In this document: positions 51,621 to 63,048 of the stretch, one piece after another
How the letters are laid out: each line of letters begins with the position of its first letter
Position numbering within the stretch: position 1 is the stretch's first letter
The notes under the pieces: generated by a model
What the model saw: only the letters and a program-made list of their open reading frames with translations
Database searches by the model: none
Told to the model about the DNA's origin: nothing
From: Tubiluchus corallicola
Lineage: Eukaryota > Animalia > Priapulida
NCBI GenBank assembly: GCA_030141605.1
Contig: JAQGDQ010002402.1
Location: forward strand, 1 to 64,000
Length of the DNA: 64,000 bases
Direction of reading: 5' to 3'
Position numbers and translations under genes: made by a program

Positions 51621-51718
51621 AACTAATTTATTATTATATAGTATTTTGGTAGTATAGTAAAAGCTGTATTATTCCTTTAATAAAAGTACAAATATAAGTT
51701 TTTAGATGTAATTATTGT

Positions 51719-53233
51719 TTAAAGTATCTTTGAAATGGCATCTAAAAACGCTTTTACTGATGCTGTAATAATATTGGTATCTGATGCAAAACCGTGATAT
51801 ACATTACCTTTACTTTCTATTTTGACGTGTATTTTTCCTTCGCCATCGCTACCACCTGATATGGCTTGTATAAGTAGTTCTTCAAGCCTTACTTTATTTG
51901 GTATTACCTTTTTAATAGCAGTAAAAGCAGCGTCCAAAGGGCCATTCCCTTTTGCTGAGGCTATCTTTTTTTCCCCATAATAATCTATTTCTACATCTGC
52001 TTGCGAGTGGTCTGTTAAATAACTTTCCACATTCAATTGACTTAACTCTATACTTCTTTTGCCTCTTTTTATTTCTTTTCCTGTGGTAACATAGCTCATT
52101 AGCTCTACAAGATGCTCTTCACTTATATTTTTGTTTTTATCTGCTATTTGCAAGAACTTTTCATATATTTTTTCAAGTTCTGTTTTTTTCACATCATAAC
52201 CTATCCTTTTAAGGTGATGATTGAGCGCAGCCTTGCCACTTCGTGCAGTCAATATTATTTCAGAATTTTGTGCTCCTACCTCTTTGGGGTTCATAATTTC
52301 ATAAGTCTCTCTATTTTTAAGAACTCCATCCTGATGTATACCTGACGAATGAGCAAAAGCATTACGCCCTACAATAGCTTTGTTGGGTTGTATAGGCATA
52401 TTCATCAGTACAGATACGAGATGACTTGTTTTAGTAATAAGTTTAGAGTTTATATTACTTTCTACTGGCATATCTTTATGGCTTTTTATGATCATAGCCA
52501 CTTCTTCCAACGATGTATTACCAGCTCTTTCACCTATTCCGTTGATAGTTACTTCTACCTGCCTTGCACCATTCACTACTCCTGATATAGTGTTGGCTGT
52601 TGCCATACCAAGGTCGTTATGACAATGGGTAGAAAGAATAGCCTTATCTATATTAGACACATTGTCTGCAAGGTATTTTATTTTTCGTCCATAATCTTCT
52701 GGCAAACAATAGCCTGTAGTATCAGGAACATTGATAACAGTGGCACCAGCTTTTATTACTGCTTCTACTACTTGGGCAAGATATTCATTCTCTGTCCGTC
52801 CTGCATCTTCAGCATAAAACTCTACATCTTCTACATATTTTTTAGCGTATTTAACAGCTTCTACTGCTCTTTCTATTATTTCTTCAGAATTGGAGTTAAA
52901 TTTACCTTTGATATGATAAGGTGATGTGCCTATACCTGTATGTATTCTTCCTTTTTTAGCGTATTGCAATGCTTCAGCTGCTATTTCTATATCTTTTCTC
53001 ACAGCACGAGTTAATGCACAAACAGTAGGTTTTTTTACTGCTTTAGATATAGCAACTACTGACTGAAAATCTCCGGGGCTAGAAATAGGAAAGCCCGCCT
53101 CTATTACATCTACACCAAGAGCTTCAAGCTGTTGGGCTACTTTTATTTTTTCTTCTTTATTAAGCTGACAACCGGGTACTTGTTCTCCATCTCTAAGGGT
53201 AGTGTCAAAAAAATATACTCTGTCCTTTTCCAT
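51719..53233 (-). CDS. leuA: 2-isopropylmalate synthase
   Basis: [34 protein letters not shown]-terminal regulatory domain. Confidence 0.95.
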   Translation of the reverse strand: MEKDRVYFFDTTLRDGEQVPGCQLNKEEKIKVAQQLEALGVDVIEAGFPISSPGDFQSVVAISKAVKKPTVCALTRAVRKDIEIAAEALQYAKKGRIHTGIGTSPYHIKGKFNSNSEEIIERAVEAVKYAKKYVEDVEFYAEDAGRTENEYLAQVVEAVIKAGATVINVPDTTGYCLPEDYGRKIKYLADNVSNIDKAILSTHCHNDLGMATANTISGVVNGARQVEVTINGIGERAGNTSLEEVAMIIKSHKDMPVESNINSKLITKTSHLVSVLMNMPIQPNKAIVGRNAFAHSSGIHQDGVLKNRETYEIMNPKEVGAQNSEIILTARSGKAALNHHLKRIGYDVKKTELEKIYEKFLQIADKNKNISEEHLVELMSYVTTGKEIKRGKRSIELSQLNVESYLTDHSQADVEIDYYGEKKIASAKGNGPLDAAFTAIKKVIPNKVRLEELLIQAISGGSDGEGKIHVKIESKGNVYHGFASDTNIITASVKAFLDAISKIL

Positions 53234-53526
53234 AATAGATTGATACTCTTAATTTAATGTCCTTCTGCTCAAATAATAAGCAATGTATTTAACAGCAAAG
53301 TTAAAAATTATTGTTCTAATATGAGTTATATATAACAGTAAAATTTTCTTTCTGATATCGTAGAGGTTGTAAATCTAAGTTTTAGGGGTATCATTTTCTA
53401 TCAGAAATAAGACATTGCTTATAGCTATTGTTGGTTTTCCTATATCTTAAACCAAATGAAATATTTTATAGGAATATTTCCCTTTTTTTTATCTATTTTT
53501 GTGATTGATAAATTTTAGAAGATAAT

Positions 53527-54546
53527 ATGTTAGAAAAGATAGGCACTTTATTAAAAGAATTAGAAGTTTTTAAAGCTAAGACAACCGAAGAAGTAGAACA
53601 ATTTAGAATAAAACAACTGGGCAAAAAGGGAACAATTTCACAGTTGTTTGATGAATTTAAGGCTTTACCTTCAGAGAAAAAACGAGAGATAGGAAAGCCT
53701 TTGAATGAGCTAAAGAATAAGACTTTAAAAAAAATAAATGACTTAAAGGAAAAACTAAACAACAATATACAAAAAGTAAATAATGTTGATTTAACAATGC
53801 CTGCGGCACCTTATTTGTTAGGTAGTAGACATCCTATTTCTATAATGCGAAACAAAATTTTGGATATCTTCATCCGTATGGGTTTTGTAATATCAGAAGG
53901 TCCTGAAATAGATGATAACTGGCATGTATTTTCTGCTCTCAATTTTCCAGAGGAGCATCCTGCAAGGGATATGCAAGATACATTCTTTATAAAACGCAAT
54001 CCTGATATTATTCTTCGGACACATACTTCCTCTGTTCAAATTCACGAAATGGAAGAAACACAACCACCTATCAGAACAGTAACACCAGGTAGGGTTTTTA
54101 GGAATGAAGCTATTTCTGCAAGGGCTCATTGTATTTTTCATCAAGTGGAAGCTTTGTTCATTGACAAGGGGGTATCGTTTGCCGATTTACGACAGACCTT
54201 AGATTTTTTTGCCAAAGAACTCTTTGGAAGTACCATTAAGACAAGGCTACGTCCTTCTTACTTTCCTTTTACTGAACCCTCGGCCGAGATGGACATTTCT
54301 TGCTCCCTTTGCGGAGGGAAAGGCTGCAATGTGTGCAAATATACAGGATGGCTAGAAATTCTGGGATGTGGTATGGTAGATGTAAGCGTACTAGAAAATA
54401 CAAATATTGATAGCAAAAAATATTCAGGATTTGCTCTGGGGATGGGTATTGAACGTATTGCTATGTTGAAATATGGGATTAAGGATTTGAGACTGTTTTT
54501 TGAAAATGATATAAGATTTCTCAATCAATTCCAATCTTGTTTGTAG
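53527..54546 (+). CDS. pheS: Phenylalanine-tRNA ligase alpha subunit
   Basis: HPARDMQDTF, LRTHTS, FPFTEPSAE, GMGIERIAML. Confidence 0.97.
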   Translation: MLEKIGTLLKELEVFKAKTTEEVEQFRIKQLGKKGTISQLFDEFKALPSEKKREIGKPLNELKNKTLKKINDLKEKLNNNIQKVNNVDLTMPAAPYLLGSRHPISIMRNKILDIFIRMGFVISEGPEIDDNWHVFSALNFPEEHPARDMQDTFFIKRNPDIILRTHTSSVQIHEMEETQPPIRTVTPGRVFRNEAISARAHCIFHQVEALFIDKGVSFADLRQTLDFFAKELFGSTIKTRLRPSYFPFTEPSAEMDISCSLCGGKGCNVCKYTGWLEILGCGMVDVSVLENTNIDSKKYSGFALGMGIERIAMLKYGIKDLRLFFENDIRFLNQFQSCL

Positions 54547-54638
54547 AGCAACAATAGATTGGTAGAGGCAAAACAATGTCTTTTCCCTACAACTAAGAAC
54601 TAATATATAAAATATAATATCTTATAATACTTTTTACT

Positions 54639-55091
54639 ATGAAACTAAAATTTAACTGGGGAACGGGTGTCTTACTTTTTATAATAGTATACCTTATTGC
54701 AATGGGAACTTTTGTCTATAATAGTTTTCAACAAAAAGTCAATTTAGTACACCAAGACTACTATCCCGAAGGGATGAACTACCAGAAACATATTGATAAA
54801 CTGAGAAACACTAGGGAGGATAATGCTTATATTACTTTTAAACTTGCAAATAATTATTCGCACATTACTTTTCCTGCTTTGGTAAAAAATAATGATGATG
54901 TGAGTGGAACAATTGTATTATATAGGCCTTCAGATGATAAGCTGGATTACAGTGTTCCCATTAACATAGAAAATAATGCAACTCAAAGCATAGATATAAG
55001 GAGTTTGCAGAAGGGATTGTATGTACTGAAAATTGATTGGCAATATGGCAGTAAGAAATACTATTTTGAGAGAAAAATTAGTATAAAGTAA
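54639..55091 (+). CDS. FixH-like protein
   Basis: NWGTG TM segment, LV..DYY, LYRPSD...D. Confidence 0.75.
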   Translation: MKLKFNWGTGVLLFIIVYLIAMGTFVYNSFQQKVNLVHQDYYPEGMNYQKHIDKLRNTREDNAYITFKLANNYSHITFPALVKNNDDVSGTIVLYRPSDDKLDYSVPINIENNATQSIDIRSLQKGLYVLKIDWQYGSKKYYFERKISIK

Positions 55092-55093
55092 CT

Positions 55094-55804
55094 ATGAACT
55101 TAGGAGCTGCTATTATTTTAGGTTTATTGGGGAGTTTTCACTGTGTAGGTATGTGTGGAGCCATTGTACTGGCATTGCCTTCGGGAGTGTCTTCTTTTTT
55201 TCACAAACTTGTATATGGTTTTTTGTATAACATAGGTAGGGTAATTACTTATGGTTTTATGGGGCTGTTGTTTGGGGTATTTGGTGAAGGGATCAACCTC
55301 GCCAACTTACAACAGGTGGCATCTGTTGTGATAGGGGCTATTATGATTGTTTCGGTGTTTTTACCTTCTGTTTTTACAGGTTTGAAAAAAATTGTAATCG
55401 CACCTCAATTTAATTATATCAATAAGTTGAAACAAAGTATGGGGCGTTTGTTGGCTCAGCAGTCATTATCTTCTATGTTATTCATTGGCATTTTAAATGG
55501 TTTCTTACCCTGTGGGTTAGTATACATTGCTATTGCCTCTGCTGTTGCAATAGGCGACTTGTGGAATGGTTTTTTATTTATGACCGCCTTTGGACTTGCT
55601 ACTGTGCCTATTCTCTTAGGTCTGTATCTTTCAAAAAGTATGATAAGTATACAACTAAAACGTATTGTCAATAAGATTATTCCTATATTTATTGTGATAT
55701 TAGGTCTATTATTTATACTAAGAGGGTTAAACTTAGGTATCCCCTATCTTAGTCCTACCGACAGTGGATTGCAAGTAGGTAGCACACAAAGCAGTTGCCA
55801 CTAA
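55094..55804 (+). CDS. TauE/SafE (DsbD_2-like) membrane protein, cbb3 oxidase maturation type
   Basis: GSFHCVGMCG, YNIGRV..Y, GFLPCGLVY. Confidence 0.82.
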   Translation: MNLGAAIILGLLGSFHCVGMCGAIVLALPSGVSSFFHKLVYGFLYNIGRVITYGFMGLLFGVFGEGINLANLQQVASVVIGAIMIVSVFLPSVFTGLKKIVIAPQFNYINKLKQSMGRLLAQQSLSSMLFIGILNGFLPCGLVYIAIASAVAIGDLWNGFLFMTAFGLATVPILLGLYLSKSMISIQLKRIVNKIIPIFIVILGLLFILRGLNLGIPYLSPTDSGLQVGSTQSSCH

Positions 55805-55895
55805 ACATATGAAGGAATAGGTCAATTCTCACGAAAAACATATTTCTATTTCTTACTTCCTCAAAGTTTAAGTATAGGTAATAAAAATACTGCCC

Positions 55896-56642
55896 TTATT
55901 TGTACAATCCAAGTTTTAAATTATGCACCTCTTTGGAGGTGAGAAAACGCCACTTTCCCCTAGAGAGGTTCTTTTTGGTTAGCCCTGCATAATATACCCT
56001 ATCCAATTTTTTGACTTTATATTGTAGGTATTCAAATATTCTTCTAACAATTCTATTTCTTCCCGAATGTATTTCTATGCCCACCTGTGTCTTATCCATT
56101 TCCTCTATATAACTTATCTCATCAACCTTGATATGTCCATCCTCTAAATTGACCCCCTCTTTTATCTTTTTGAAATCCTCAAAATGCAAAGGCTTATCCA
56201 AAAACACATAATATACCTTTTTCTTTTCATACTTAGGATGAGTTAATTTTTTTGCCACCTCCCCATCATTGGTAAAAAGCAACAAGCCCAGCGTTGACCT
56301 ATCTAGCCTCCCTACTGGATATATCCTTTCAGAGCAAGCACTCTTTACAAGGTCCATTACCGTTTTATTATGTTTAGGGTCGTAAGTAGTAGTTACAAAG
56401 TCCTTAGGCTTATTAAGAAGCACATACACCTTCCTTTCATTAGTCAATACCCTTTCCTTAAAAGTTACCTTATCCTCAACCCCTACCTTTGTTCCAAGCT
56501 CCTTAATCACAACCCCATTCACCTTTATTAACCCCTTCTGTATGTACTTATCTGCCTCTCTACGTGAACAAAGCCCAGAATTAGCAATACACTTATTCAA
56601 CCTTATAACTTTCTTTCCTTTACTTTCCTCTTTCGATAGCAT
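55896..56642 (-). CDS. rRNA pseudouridine synthase (RluB/RsuA family)
   Basis: S4 domain CSRREAD, LLNKPK, PVGRLD, GRNRIVRR. Confidence 0.9.
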   Translation of the reverse strand: MLSKEESKGKKVIRLNKCIANSGLCSRREADKYIQKGLIKVNGVVIKELGTKVGVEDKVTFKERVLTNERKVYVLLNKPKDFVTTTYDPKHNKTVMDLVKSACSERIYPVGRLDRSTLGLLLFTNDGEVAKKLTHPKYEKKKVYYVFLDKPLHFEDFKKIKEGVNLEDGHIKVDEISYIEEMDKTQVGIEIHSGRNRIVRRIFEYLQYKVKKLDRVYYAGLTKKNLSRGKWRFLTSKEVHNLKLGLYK

Positions 56643-56653
56643 TGTGCTTTACT

Positions 56654-57055
56654 TTAAGGTGTTATTGTCCCTATTTTTTCCACCTGCACATCATCTGCAA
56701 CAGCCATATAACTAAGTTGCAACAAAGCAAGTATTGCTATTACAACAACGAGGCCAGTCATAGACTTAGCCGCTTTATGCTTTTTATACCTAAGAAGCAA
56801 AGTAACAAACGATATAATAGACAAAACAAGAGCGATAGAATTGATAAAATTAGCCGCATCTATAAAAATAGCATCAGGCGAAGGAAACTGCGTAGTAAAA
56901 TTATAAGTAGCAATAAAAGTAAAAAACGGCAACAAAGAAAAAAACATCAAACCAGTATAAACAAGTTTTTTTCTCTTCAAAAACATTCCAACAATAATAA
57001 AAACAGCACCAATAAAAAGTAGTAATATGGTGCTGTTTAATATCAATGAAAACAT
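56654..57055 (-). CDS. Hypothetical membrane protein
   Basis: 133-aa ORF with about four hydrophobic segments, co-oriented with neighbours. Confidence 0.55.
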   Translation of the reverse strand: MFSLILNSTILLLFIGAVFIIVGMFLKRKKLVYTGLMFFSLLPFFTFIATYNFTTQFPSPDAIFIDAANFINSIALVLSIISFVTLLLRYKKHKAAKSMTGLVVVIAILALLQLSYMAVADDVQVEKIGTITP

Positions 57056-57083
57056 TAGTTGTTGTTAAATATTATAAGTACTT

Positions 57084-57332
57084 TCATTCTGGATATATAT
57101 CGTCTTCTGCTATTCTTATAGCTCTATGCAAGTATCTTCCTGAAGAAAAACTCACATCCCAAACAACATTCTTTGTATCATAATCTACCTCTATAATCCT
57201 TTTATCAGCATTATGACCAGGTACAAACATCATATTTTCAGAACCTTCTAAATAATCAGCACCACCACAGCAAAAAGAATAAGTGTCTTCTCCATTCTCC
57301 TTACCATAGGTCCATACCTGCTGCACCGTCAT
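57084..57332 (-). pseudogene. Probable C-terminal fragment of an aryl-sulfate sulfotransferase-like protein
   Basis: TVQQVWTYGKE.G...YS....ADYL....N and IIEV......VVW...Y..RA.R resemble ASST C-terminal blades; only 82 aa. Recognised from memory. Confidence 0.5.
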
Positions 57333-57447
57333 AACGCTATTAATAAAATAACGAGAGTAAAATTAAAATGTTTCATAAAATTCGCAATCATCAAGAAGCA
57401 AGATCTTGCTTTCTCGTATAATTTTCAATTATTTCACTATTCATTGC

Positions 57448-59583
57448 TTACTTATTATCTTTAGAAGGACGAGGCAATAATGCTTTTCTTGATAGTTTCA
57501 TCTTTTTAGTTCTAGGGTCTATACCCACAAGTTTTACCTCTATTTCCTTACCTTCTTTCAAGTAATCCTCTACTTTTTCCACTCTTGCCCAATCTATTTC
57601 TGATATATGCAGCAAGCCCTCTGTATTAGGCAGTATTTCTACAAATGCTCCAAAATCGGTAATAGTTTTTACTATTCCAGAATACACCTTACCTTCTTCA
57701 GGTTTTTCTATTGTTTTTTCTATAAAAGTTTTAGCTTTCACAAGCCCCTCTCTGTTGTTGGACGATATTTCTACAATACCTACATTGTCTATCTCTTCTA
57801 TTATAATAGTTGTTTGAGTGTCTTCCTGTAATTTCTGAATATTCTTTCCACCAGGACCTATAATAGCACCTATCATATCTTTGGGTACTTCTAAAGTCTC
57901 TATTCTTGGAGTATGTGGCTTCAACTCTTCCCTTGGTTCTTGTATTGTTTCTTCTAGCTTATTAAGAATATGAAGTCTGCCCTCTTTAGCTTGCATAAGA
58001 GCCTCTTTTAATATTTCATACGACAAGCCATCTACTTTAATATCCATCTGCGTAGCAGTAATACCATCAGCCGTACCTGTTACCTTAAAATCCATATCCC
58101 CAAGGTGATCCTCATCCCCAAGTATATCCGACAAAATAGCATACTTATCAGATTTCGTATCAGAAATAAGTCCCATTGCAATACCCGAAACAGGTTTTTT
58201 GATTTGAATACCTGCATCCATAAGTGCAAGTGTTCCTGCACAAACAGTAGCCATAGAAGAAGAGCCATTTGATTCTAATATATCCGATACTACCCTCACA
58301 GTATAAGGGTTTTTCTCAGGCATCACTTTTTTCAAAGCTCTATGTGCAAGATTACCGTGTCCTACTTCTCTACGGCTAACGCCTCGCACTGGGCGTGCGT
58401 CTCCTGTTGAAAAAGGAGGAAAATTATAGTGCAAGGTAAATTTCTCCTTGTAGTTTTGTAGTGCATCATCTATCATCTTCTCATCCATCTTGCTTCCAAG
58501 AGTAACCGTGGTGAGCGACTGTGTCTCTCCTCGCGTGAATATTGCAGAGCCGTGTGTGCTGGGCAGGTAATTTATTTCCGACCAAATGGGACGTATTTCG
58601 GTAGTTTTTCTACCATCCAACCTTACTTTTTTATCAAGCACTGCATCTCTGATAGCTTCTTTTTCTACATCGTGAAAGTATTTATTGATAAGTACAGAAT
58701 TAGCTTCTTCCAATTCCTCTTCGCTATATTGTTTTTGCAAGAACTCTTCTTTTACTTCATCTATTTTTTCTTTTCTTTTATGCTTGTCTGCTGTACCTAA
58801 CAATGCAATGTCATACAGTTTTTTATACGTTTTTTCTTTGATAGTTTCTTTGAGTTGTTCATCTTTTTCTTCGTGTTCATACTCTCTTTTTACAGTACTA
58901 CCCAACTCTTCGGCAAGTTCTATTTGTGCTTTACATTGTTTTTTGATAGCTTCGTGAGCATATTTTATTGCTTCTATAAGGTCTTCTTCCGACACCTCGT
59001 TCATTTCTCCTTCCACCATCATTACATTTTCGTAAGTAGCACCCACCATTATGTCCAACTCTGCATTTTCTATTTCACTTTTTGTTGGATTGGTTATAAG
59101 CTGTCCGTCTATTTTGGCTACTCTTACCTCTGAGATAGGTCCACCAAATGGTACATCTGATACAGCAAGAGCTGCTGATGCTGCAAGACCTGCAAGTGCA
59201 TCTGGCATTATATCTTCCTCTGCTGAAATAAGGTTGATAGTTACAAATGTTTCAGCGTGATAATCATCTGGAAATAAAGGCCGCAAAGCCCTATCTACTA
59301 AGCGAGAAATAAGTATCTCATTATCAGATGGCCTTCCCTCCCTTTTAAGAAAACCGCCCGGAAATCTACCAACGGCCGAAAACTTTTCTTTATATTCTAC
59401 CGACAAAGGCATAAAGTCTAAACCGGGCTTATGCTCTCTGGCAGACACCACTGTGGCAAGAAGCATTGTGTTGCCCGTTCTAACCACTACACTACCATCA
59501 GCCTGCTTGGCCAATTTGCCTGTTTCTATGGTTATTTCTCTATTGTTATCTAAGTTTATGACCTTTTTAATTACTTTTTGCAT
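57448..59583 (-). CDS. pnp: Polyribonucleotide nucleotidyltransferase
   Basis: [45 protein letters not shown] and S1 domains. Confidence 0.98.
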   Translation of the reverse strand: MQKVIKKVINLDNNREITIETGKLAKQADGSVVVRTGNTMLLATVVSAREHKPGLDFMPLSVEYKEKFSAVGRFPGGFLKREGRPSDNEILISRLVDRALRPLFPDDYHAETFVTINLISAEEDIMPDALAGLAASAALAVSDVPFGGPISEVRVAKIDGQLITNPTKSEIENAELDIMVGATYENVMMVEGEMNEVSEEDLIEAIKYAHEAIKKQCKAQIELAEELGSTVKREYEHEEKDEQLKETIKEKTYKKLYDIALLGTADKHKRKEKIDEVKEEFLQKQYSEEELEEANSVLINKYFHDVEKEAIRDAVLDKKVRLDGRKTTEIRPIWSEINYLPSTHGSAIFTRGETQSLTTVTLGSKMDEKMIDDALQNYKEKFTLHYNFPPFSTGDARPVRGVSRREVGHGNLAHRALKKVMPEKNPYTVRVVSDILESNGSSSMATVCAGTLALMDAGIQIKKPVSGIAMGLISDTKSDKYAILSDILGDEDHLGDMDFKVTGTADGITATQMDIKVDGLSYEILKEALMQAKEGRLHILNKLEETIQEPREELKPHTPRIETLEVPKDMIGAIIGPGGKNIQKLQEDTQTTIIIEEIDNVGIVEISSNNREGLVKAKTFIEKTIEKPEEGKVYSGIVKTITDFGAFVEILPNTEGLLHISEIDWARVEKVEDYLKEGKEIEVKLVGIDPRTKKMKLSRKALLPRPSKDNK

Positions 59584-59621
59584 TTCAATGTTTTTAGAAG
59601 ATACTATTTTATATAATAAAG

Positions 59622-59650
59622 AAGAGGTAACTATATAAAAGCTACCTCTT
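59622..59650. terminator. Hairpin between rpsO and pnp (terminator or processing site)
   Basis: AAGAGGTA...TACCTCTT inverted repeat. Confidence 0.5.
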
Positions 59651-59670
59651 AAAGTAAATTTTTCGCTATA

Positions 59671-59940
59671 TTATTTTCTTAACTTGAGTGCTTTTATAAG
59701 CAAACGGTATTGCTCTATATCTTTATTTTTAAGATAAGTTAGCAACTTCCTTCTTTTACCTACCAATTTTACTAAAGCTCTTTGTGTGCTAAAGTCCTTT
59801 TTGTTTTTTTTAAGATGTTTGTTGAGGTGATTTACACGATAAGTAAATAGAGCTACTTGGCTTTTCACAGAACCTGTGTTAGTTTCACTTCCACTATGTT
59901 TTTTAAATAATTCTGCTTTTTTTTCTATTGTTAAATACAT
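59671..59940 (-). CDS. rpsO: 30S ribosomal protein S15
   Basis: TGS...QVAL.T..V..L..HL..NKKD..T.R.L...VGKRR.LL.YL. Confidence 0.97.
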   Translation of the reverse strand: MYLTIEKKAELFKKHSGSETNTGSVKSQVALFTYRVNHLNKHLKKNKKDFSTQRALVKLVGKRRKLLTYLKNKDIEQYRLLIKALKLRK

Positions 59941-60437
59941 TATCCTCCTATACTTTTTAAATTTCTTAATTCTGCAAAGGTAATCATTTATTTTTTATCT
60001 TCTTGTTTTTTTTTATCTAAATTTTTGGGAATAATATATTTATTCAACTTATTTCCTACAAAGACATTCTATTATGTATTTCTTATAGCACATAAATAGG
60101 AATAAGCTGTAATTTGTTAGCATTACAAAAAAATCTTACAATAATTTTTATTTTTCAATACACCTTTTAGCGATACTCTTGAAAATATGAGCTAGTTACT
60201 GAGCCAATACAAAACAAATAGTCATCAAAATAAAACTATATCTAATCAAATATGTAGTTATGTGTACATTATTTTAATATTTATTATTTTTTATTTTAAG
60301 AAATATCAACCTCTATATTTCAATTATCTATTTCCTAAATAGATAATTAGATATTTTTACTATTTTTGCCTACCTTATTACAAGGGAAACTTTTATGCTA
60401 AGAGAGTTACGATATTCAAACTTAAAGATAAAAAAGT

Positions 60438-62825
60438 ATGAGCGATATAGCATTTGATGCAAAAGAAGTATTGGCAGATTACCGTTTGGCTTTTATGAGT
60501 CGCAAGTTAAGTAAAATGGGGCGTAAAGAAGTTTTGACTGGTAAAGCTAAGTTTGGTATTTTTAGCGATGGAAAAGAAGTGGCTCAAATAGCTATGGCTA
60601 AACAATTTCTAAAAGGTGATTGGCGGTCAGGATATTATCGCGACCAAACATTTATGTTAGCTGCAAATTTACTTTCTATTGATGAATTTTTCTCTCAACT
60701 TTATGGCGACACTAATGTAGAGTACAACCCACAAAGTGGGGGACGTATGATGAATAGTCATTATGCCACACAAAGTATTAATAAAGACGGTAGTTGGCGT
60801 GATTTAATGAAGCAAAAAAACACATCAGCAGATGTATCTCCCACTGCAGGGCAGATGCCTCGCTTAGTAGGTTTAGCTTATGCTTCAAAATTATATAGGA
60901 ATAATCCCGAACTTAAAGACTTAAAACATTTTTCTGCTGGAGGTAATGAGGTAGCTTTTGGAACAATAGGAGATGCAAGTAGTGCCGAAGGGCATTTTTG
61001 GGAGACAATAAACGCAGCAGGTGTGTTGCAAGTGCCAATGGCATTGTCTATTTGGGACGATGGCTGGGGTATTTCTGTACCTAAAAGCCTGCAACTAACT
61101 AATGATAATATCTATCAAATGTTAGAAGGGTTTAAAAAGAATGAACAAGGAAAGGGTATTTTAGTTTACAATGTAAAGGGCTGGGACTATGAAGCTCTGT
61201 GCAAGACTTACAAAGAAGGCATAGAAAAATGCAGAAAGGAACACGTACCTGTGGTATTTCATATTGAGGAATTAACCCAACCTTTAGGACATTCTACCTC
61301 AGGTTCTCACGAAAGGTACAAAAGCAAAGAACGCTTGGAATGGGAAGCAGAATACGATGCGTTAAAAAAAATGCGGGACTGGATTTTATCCTCAAAAATA
61401 GCAGATGAAAAGACACTAAAAGACATAGAGCAGGAAGAACTAACAAAAATTAAAACAATCCATAAAGAGACGTGGAGAAGATACATTGGGCCTATCAAAA
61501 AAGAAAGAACTGACTTAACCAACTTACTAAAAAAGGAAAGCGAGGGTGCAAAACAACAAGTAAAAAAAACCATAGACAGTTTAGTAGAAAAACTTAACAA
61601 AATAATAAACCCTTTTAAAAGCGATACTATTAGTACAGCAAGAAAGATATTGCATATTGCAAGCATAGAAGGCGAACTGAGCTTAAAGGACAAGATATTT
61701 AAATGGTTGAAAGAAAGAGAAGAAAAAGAAAAGATAATTTACAATACTCATTTGTACAGTGAAACAAAAGAGGCTGCTATTAACGTAAAGGGTGTTTTGC
61801 CTCAATACGATACAAATGCAAAAGTTTTAACAGGCAGGGAGATACTACGCGAAAATTTTGATTGTCTATTTAAGCACAACCCACGTTTAGTTACATTTGG
61901 GGAGGACACTGGCAAACTGGGAGGAGTGAATCAGAGCTTGGAAGGACTTCAAGCAAAATATAGTGATTTGCGAATTACAGACACTGGTATCAGGGAGGCA
62001 ACTATTATAGGACAAGGCTTAGGTTTAGCACTAAGAGGACTACGTCCCATTGCAGAAATACAGTATTTTGATTACATAATGTATGCTTTACAGACCATTA
62101 ACGATGATTTAGCTTCTACTAGATATAGGACAAACGGTCGGCAGAAATCTCCCTTAATAATTCGCACACGTGGCCACAGATTGGAGGGGGTGTGGCATTC
62201 GGGATCTCCTTTGGGAACAATGTTAAGTGCTATGCGAGGAGTATACATTTGTGTACCTCGTAATATGACACAGGCAGCAGGATTTTACAACACCCTGTTA
62301 GAAGGAGACGACCCCGCATTAGTTATAGAACCCCTAAATGCTTACCGTTTGAAAGAGAAATTGCCTTCTAATTTGGGCAGGTTTAGAACACCATTGGGTG
62401 TACCCGAAGTTATTGTAGAAGGAAATGATATTACAATAGTTACCTATGGAACGTGTGTACGTATTGCAGGGAGTGCTGCAGATGAATTGGAAAAATTAGG
62501 TATATCAGCAGAGGTAATTGACGTACAAACACTATTGCCTTTTGATACAAACAGAGTTGTATTAAAGTCTATAAAAAAAACAAACAAAGTATTATTTTTA
62601 GATGAAGATGTAAAGGGAGGGGCAACAGCTTATATGATGCAACAGGTATTGGAAAGGCAAGGTGCTTTCGATTATTTAGAAGTGGCTCCAAAAACTTTAT
62701 CAGCTCAAGACCATCGCCCTGCATATAGCACAGATGGAGACTATTTCTCCAAGCCTAATGTGGACGATGTGGTGAAAGATATATACAAAATAATGAGCGA
62801 AATAAAACCTTCTAAGTTTATCTAA
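60438..62825 (+). CDS. Fused 2-oxoacid dehydrogenase E1 alpha/beta (2-oxoisovalerate dehydrogenase-like)
   Basis: TPP motif GDASSAEG, HSTS, FGED, TGIREA, AEIQYFDY, transketolase C-terminal domain. Confidence 0.9.
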   Translation: MSDIAFDAKEVLADYRLAFMSRKLSKMGRKEVLTGKAKFGIFSDGKEVAQIAMAKQFLKGDWRSGYYRDQTFMLAANLLSIDEFFSQLYGDTNVEYNPQSGGRMMNSHYATQSINKDGSWRDLMKQKNTSADVSPTAGQMPRLVGLAYASKLYRNNPELKDLKHFSAGGNEVAFGTIGDASSAEGHFWETINAAGVLQVPMALSIWDDGWGISVPKSLQLTNDNIYQMLEGFKKNEQGKGILVYNVKGWDYEALCKTYKEGIEKCRKEHVPVVFHIEELTQPLGHSTSGSHERYKSKERLEWEAEYDALKKMRDWILSSKIADEKTLKDIEQEELTKIKTIHKETWRRYIGPIKKERTDLTNLLKKESEGAKQQVKKTIDSLVEKLNKIINPFKSDTISTARKILHIASIEGELSLKDKIFKWLKEREEKEKIIYNTHLYSETKEAAINVKGVLPQYDTNAKVLTGREILRENFDCLFKHNPRLVTFGEDTGKLGGVNQSLEGLQAKYSDLRITDTGIREATIIGQGLGLALRGLRPIAEIQYFDYIMYALQTINDDLASTRYRTNGRQKSPLIIRTRGHRLEGVWHSGSPLGTMLSAMRGVYICVPRNMTQAAGFYNTLLEGDDPALVIEPLNAYRLKEKLPSNLGRFRTPLGVPEVIVEGNDITIVTYGTCVRIAGSAADELEKLGISAEVIDVQTLLPFDTNRVVLKSIKKTNKVLFLDEDVKGGATAYMMQQVLERQGAFDYLEVAPKTLSAQDHRPAYSTDGDYFSKPNVDDVVKDIYKIMSEIKPSKFI

Positions 62826-63048
62826 ATAACCAAAATCATAAAAATAGAAAAGAAATATACAATACATAATAGGGGCAGATTGGTAATTCACCTCTATACA
62901 AATAAAAAATAAAAATACAGAAAGTTTGTATAAAAAATATGAGAAAATACTAAAATCGCCTATAAGTAGTACCAAAATATTAAAAAAAGAACTAAAAGTT
63001 ATTTCATCTTTAGCTATTAGTTTTTAAATAAATTAGAAATTAATTATT

